A DNA stretch of 63,553 nucleotides. It comes from Saprospirales bacterium. GTDB lineage: Bacteria; Bacteroidota; Bacteroidia; Chitinophagales; UBA8649. A program made the position numbers and the translations under genes. Position 1 is the stretch's first letter. The number at the start of each line of letters is the position of its first letter. Below, in pieces: positions 60,195 to 63,553 of this stretch. The DNA is taken from assembly GCA_002708985.1 (NCBI GenBank), contig PAPS01000033.1, positions 71,803 through 135,355 of the forward strand. Direction: 5' to 3'. The notes beneath the pieces are model-generated. The model was not told the DNA's origin. It searched no databases and worked only from the letters and a program-made list of their open reading frames with translations.

Positions 60195-63100
60195 ATGAAT
60201 CAATCGCTTCGTCAGGCTTTTTATGCCCTTTGTACGGTCTTATTGGCACAGTTCACTTTTGCTCAAACAGACTTGCTCCCCACTGCTATAACTTCGCCAA
60301 CCAACGGCTGCCTGTTGTCGGCCTCTCAAAATGTCGAGGTTCGCGTTGCACGTGGTGACAATTTTACTCCTGGTTCGGTAAACTACTCAGTAACCGTTAC
60401 TACAACAGTCAACGGAACGACTTACCCAGCAGAAACCTCAAGTGTAAGTCTAGTCCCCTATCAGGCTGCATTGATTTCAGGTAGTTCTGCGCCTATTGAT
60501 TTCTCTGCACCTGGGATTTATGATATCCAGTGTGTAATCAGCTATGGCGGTACAATAGCAGCCAATGATACGATTACCACTTCCGTAATTAGCTCTGTTT
60601 TGCCAGGTTCTTTGTCAGCTGATGAAACGGTCTGTGAGGGAGATAATGGACAAATTAACCTAACAGGAAATTCAGGAGAAATCGTTCAATGGGAAGAGAG
60701 CATTGATGGAGGAATCAATTGGTCTGCCTTAGGCAATACCACGAATTCGCTAAACTACACCAACATTGCTCAGACCACTTCTTATCGAGTGCTTTCTCAA
60801 GGAGAATTTGATACTTTGATTCAAGCAGGTGGAGATATTTTCGGATTTGAATTTGGACAGCAAAGCGGTTGGGCTGTGGCACTTGACAATAGTGGTACGC
60901 GTGTTGCCATAGGAGAATTTGAAACGAATGGTGGAGAGGGTAGTGTTCGGGTATTAGACTATAATGGAGCAACTTGGACTCAAGTAGGAGATACTTTACG
61001 TGGGTCAGCAGTTAATCGCCAGTTTGGCTTTAACGTGGCCTTGTCGGATGATGGAAATACACTTGCTGTTGGAATTCAGCGAAGCGATTCGATCGGTACA
61101 GATGTCGGAGCAGCTGCAATTTATTCTTGGGATGGTAGCAATTGGTCTGAGATAAATATGGTGTTTGGTTCTATTCAAGACTCGCTATTTGGGCGCTACA
61201 TGGACCTGTCAGATAATGGACAATTTTTAGTGGTTGGTTCACCACATAATGAAGTAAATGGCACCAATGCAGGTGCTGTGTATAGTTATTCTTATCAAAC
61301 GGATGTCCCTGTTTGGGTTCAGTTAGGATTAGATATTGATGGAGAGGCGGCTGGTGATCAATCAGGATGGTCTGTTAGCCTTTCTTCTGATGGAAGCCGA
61401 ATGGCGATTGGAGCTATAAGAAATGATGATGTTGGAGTTGATGCCGGTCATGTTCGTGTATATGAGTGGGATGGTATCAGTTGGTTTCAGTTAGGATTGG
61501 ATATTGATGGTGAGGCGGCTGGTGATAATTCAGGTTGGTCTGTTAGCCTCTCTGCTGATGGAAGTCGATTGGCTATTGGCGCTACAGGAAATGATGGTGT
61601 TGGAGCTGGTGCCGGTCATGTTCGTGTATATGAATGGGATGGTATCAGTTGGGTGCAATTAGGTTTGGATATTGATGGCGAGGCTCTTGGTGACGGTTCA
61701 GGTGTCTCTGTAGATCTTTCTTCTGATGGGAGTCGCATAGCAATAGGAGCAGAAAACAATGATGCTGGTGGAGCTTTTGCCGGTCATGTTCGCATATATC
61801 AATGGGATGGCGTAGGTTGGATTCAATTAGGGCAAGATCTTGATGGAGAAGGAATTGGAGATTATTTTGGCTTCTCTGTAAGTTTTTCTTCTGATGGGGA
61901 TCGGTTAGCAATAGGAGCACCTGAAAATGATGGTGGTGCAAGTGATGCTGGTCATGTTCGTGTGTATGACTGGGATAGTGTGTTGTTAACATGGGAGCAG
62001 TTAGGTTTGGATATTGATGGAGAGGCTGCTGGAGATGGATCAGGAAACTCAGTAAGTCTTTCTTCTGATGGGAATCGTTTAGCGATAGGGGCACCTGGTA
62101 GTGATGGCGCGGGGGGATTTACTGGAGATGTTCGTGTCTATGACTGGGATAGTGTGTCGTTATCGTGGGTGCAGTTGGGATTGGCTATTGATGGAGAGGG
62201 TGCTGATGACTTCTCAGGTAGTTCAGTAAGTCTTTCTTCTGATGGGAATCGTTTAGCGATAGGTGCAATTTTGAATGATGGAAATGGAGCTGATGCTGGA
62301 CATGTAAGATTATATGACTGGGATGGGACGTCGTTATCATGGGTGCAATTAGGATTAGATATAGATGGAGAGGCCGCTGCAGATCTATCAGGTAAGTCAA
62401 TAAGTCTATCCTCTGATGGAAGACGTCTTGCAATTGGAGCTTACGGCAATGTTGGCAATGGGCTAGAAACTGGTCATGTTCGTGTATATGAGCTCGATTC
62501 ATTTACTGGATTTTTGACACTCAATGATACGTTGTATGGAAATCCGGGAGATCATTTCGGCGGATCTGTAGCGATTGATGCTGACGGAAATCGCTTAGCG
62601 GTTGGATCTCCAAAATGGTCTGACGGTGTTCAAGATTCCGTTGGGCGGGTAGATTATTACCGAAGATCTTTAGACGTATGGAATTCTTTAGGTTCTGGGG
62701 TGATTGCAGGAAGGGGATTGTCAGAGTTTGGTTCTGATATATCACTCAATGCGCAAGGTGATCGTCTTGTAGTAGGATCATACCTTGATGATTTAGGAGG
62801 AGTCAATACAGGGGCAACGATGGTTTATCAAAGAGTAGGTGCCGGAAATTGGTCTCAAATAGGCTCTGATCTTCGTGGTGAAGACTTCGGAGATGGTGCA
62901 GGAATTGCCGTTGGAATGGATAATACGGGTGATCGAATTGTCGTAGGTGCTCCATTTAATCCAGGTGGAGGAAACTTCTCTGGACAAATGCGTATGTACG
63001 AATTACTTGGTAGTAATTGGGTTCAAGTAACACCTGACTTAGATGGTGATGCACCAAATGACTTCTTTGGTTTTGGCGTAGCGATTTCAGGAAATGGAAG

Positions 63101-63553
63101 TTTTGTGGCTTCCGGTTCTGGAAGTAATGATTACGCTGGAATAGATGCAGGGCTGACAAGGATATACGAAGTAAACACGCTGCCATCTGCCTGTGGTTCA
63201 GCATACAGCAATACGACAACTATAACAGTGGATGCTGCAGTGATAGCAGGAAATCTATCATCAGATGCTGTAGTATGTGGAGGAAATAATACGGGTAACC
63301 TTGCGCTAACTGGCATACAGGGAACGGTAGTAAATTGGGAATTAAGTGTAGACGGTGGACTTTCTTGGTCACCAATCGTTAATGTATCTCAATCCTATGT
63401 ATACAATAACTTAACGACTACTACTCAGTTTAGAGTAATCGTAACGAATGGAAGTTGTGGTAACGATACTTCGAATACCGTTACAATAACAGTTGATCCA
63501 CCGGTTGTCGGCGGAAACTTGACTGGAAGTGCGACGGTATGTGGTAGCGGAAA
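60195..63553 (+). CDS. Giant secreted/surface protein (over 1100 aa, truncated by the window end) with Ig-like repeats and 14 FG-GAP-like propeller blades
   Basis: Not in the ORF track. Manual translation from ATG 60195 (MNQSLRQAFYALCTVLLAQFTFAQ, signal peptide) is stop-free to the window end. Confidence 0.9.
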   Translation, partial: MNQSLRQAFYALCTVLLAQFTFAQTDLLPTAITSPTNGCLLSASQNVEVRVARGDNFTPGSVNYSVTVTTTVNGTTYPAETSSVSLVPYQAALISGSSAPIDFSAPGIYDIQCVISYGGTIAANDTITTSVISSVLPGSLSADETVCEGDNGQINLTGNSGEIVQWEESIDGGINWSALGNTTNSLNYTNIAQTTSYRVLSQGEFDTLIQAGGDIFGFEFGQQSGWAVALDNSGTRVAIGEFETNGGEGSVRVLDYNGATWTQVGDTLRGSAVNRQFGFNVALSDDGNTLAVGIQRSDSIGTDVGAAAIYSWDGSNWSEINMVFGSIQDSLFGRYMDLSDNGQFLVVGSPHNEVNGTNAGAVYSYSYQTDVPVWVQLGLDIDGEAAGDQSGWSVSLSSDGSRMAIGAIRNDDVGVDAGHVRVYEWDGISWFQLGLDIDGEAAGDNSGWSVSLSADGSRLAIGATGNDGVGAGAGHVRVYEWDGISWVQLGLDIDGEALGDGSGVSVDLSSDGSRIAIGAENNDAGGAFAGHVRIYQWDGVGWIQLGQDLDGEGIGDYFGFSVSFSSDGDRLAIGAPENDGGASDAGHVRVYDWDSVLLTWEQLGLDIDGEAAGDGSGNSVSLSSDGNRLAIGAPGSDGAGGFTGDVRVYDWDSVSLSWVQLGLAIDGEGADDFSGSSVSLSSDGNRLAIGAILNDGNGADAGHVRLYDWDGTSLSWVQLGLDIDGEAAADLSGKSISLSSDGRRLAIGAYGNVGNGLETGHVRVYELDSFTGFLTLNDTLYGNPGDHFGGSVAIDADGNRLAVGSPKWSDGVQDSVGRVDYYRRSLDVWNSLGSGVIAGRGLSEFGSDISLNAQGDRLVVGSYLDDLGGVNTGATMVYQRVGAGNWSQIGSDLRGEDFGDGAGIAVGMDNTGDRIVVGAPFNPGGGNFSGQMRMYELLGSNWVQVTPDLDGDAPNDFFGFGVAISGNGSFVASGSGSNDYAGIDAGLTRIYEVNTLPSACGSAYSNTTTITVDAAVIAGNLSSDAVVCGGNNTGNLALTGIQGTVVNWELSVDGGLSWSPIVNVSQSYVYNNLTTTTQFRVIVTNGSCGNDTSNTVTITVDPPVVGGNLTGSATVCGSG
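61320..62516 (+). repeat. Seven tandem 168/174-bp coding repeats (FG-GAP-like blades)
   Basis: Units begin at 61320, 61488, 61656, 61824, 61998, 62172 and 62346; consensus QLGLDIDGEAAGDxSGxSVSLSSDGxRLAIGAxxNDxxGxxAGHVRVYxWD. Confidence 0.95.

Noticed and set aside
61320-62516. Repeats as a CRISPR array or DGR template/variable repeats
   Set aside because: The units are in-frame coding repeats of 168/174 bp without spacers. Differences are not restricted to adenines, and no cas or reverse transcriptase gene is in the window.
60146-63316. Track ORFs at 60146 (+) and His/Gln-rich - strand ORFs at 60715-63316
   Set aside because: They are off-frame or antisense shadows of the giant + strand ORF starting at 60195.

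Overview
Chromosomal segment of a Bacteroidota bacterium, probably aquatic. The assignment rests on T9SS genes porX/porP/porE-like, fused lpxC-fabZ, the miaB-bEBP-lptE-TPR-secG-groESL synteny and TAnnTTTG -7 promoters. It carries mostly core genes (xth, lysS, tRNA-Pro, upp, mtaB, lgt, tsaE, lpxD/C/A, trhO, lipB, pyrF, mrp/nfu, groESL, miaB, guaA, two msrB) interspersed with secreted and T9SS-related proteins. I see no mobile element, prophage or CRISPR array. Main observations: (1) a candidate sigma54-dependent chaperone circuit, with a -24/-12 box and degenerate TGACA-N3-TGTCA boxes upstream of groES, a sensor-less enhancer-binding protein in the same locus, and a perfect TGACA-AAA-TGTCA palindrome over the -33 element of that protein's own operon promoter; (2) a giant secreted protein missing from the ORF track (60195 to the window end), with 7 near-identical FG-GAP-like blades nested inside 7 divergent blades, all inserted into one Ig-like repeat; (3) several small ORFs or relics missed by the ORF track: xth, a TM-anchor ORF overlapping a wHTH gene, an acidic EEGAG-repeat lipoprotein, a Lacal_2735-like protein and an SO2930-type cytochrome relic. 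Family assignments come from manual motif recognition, not database searches.
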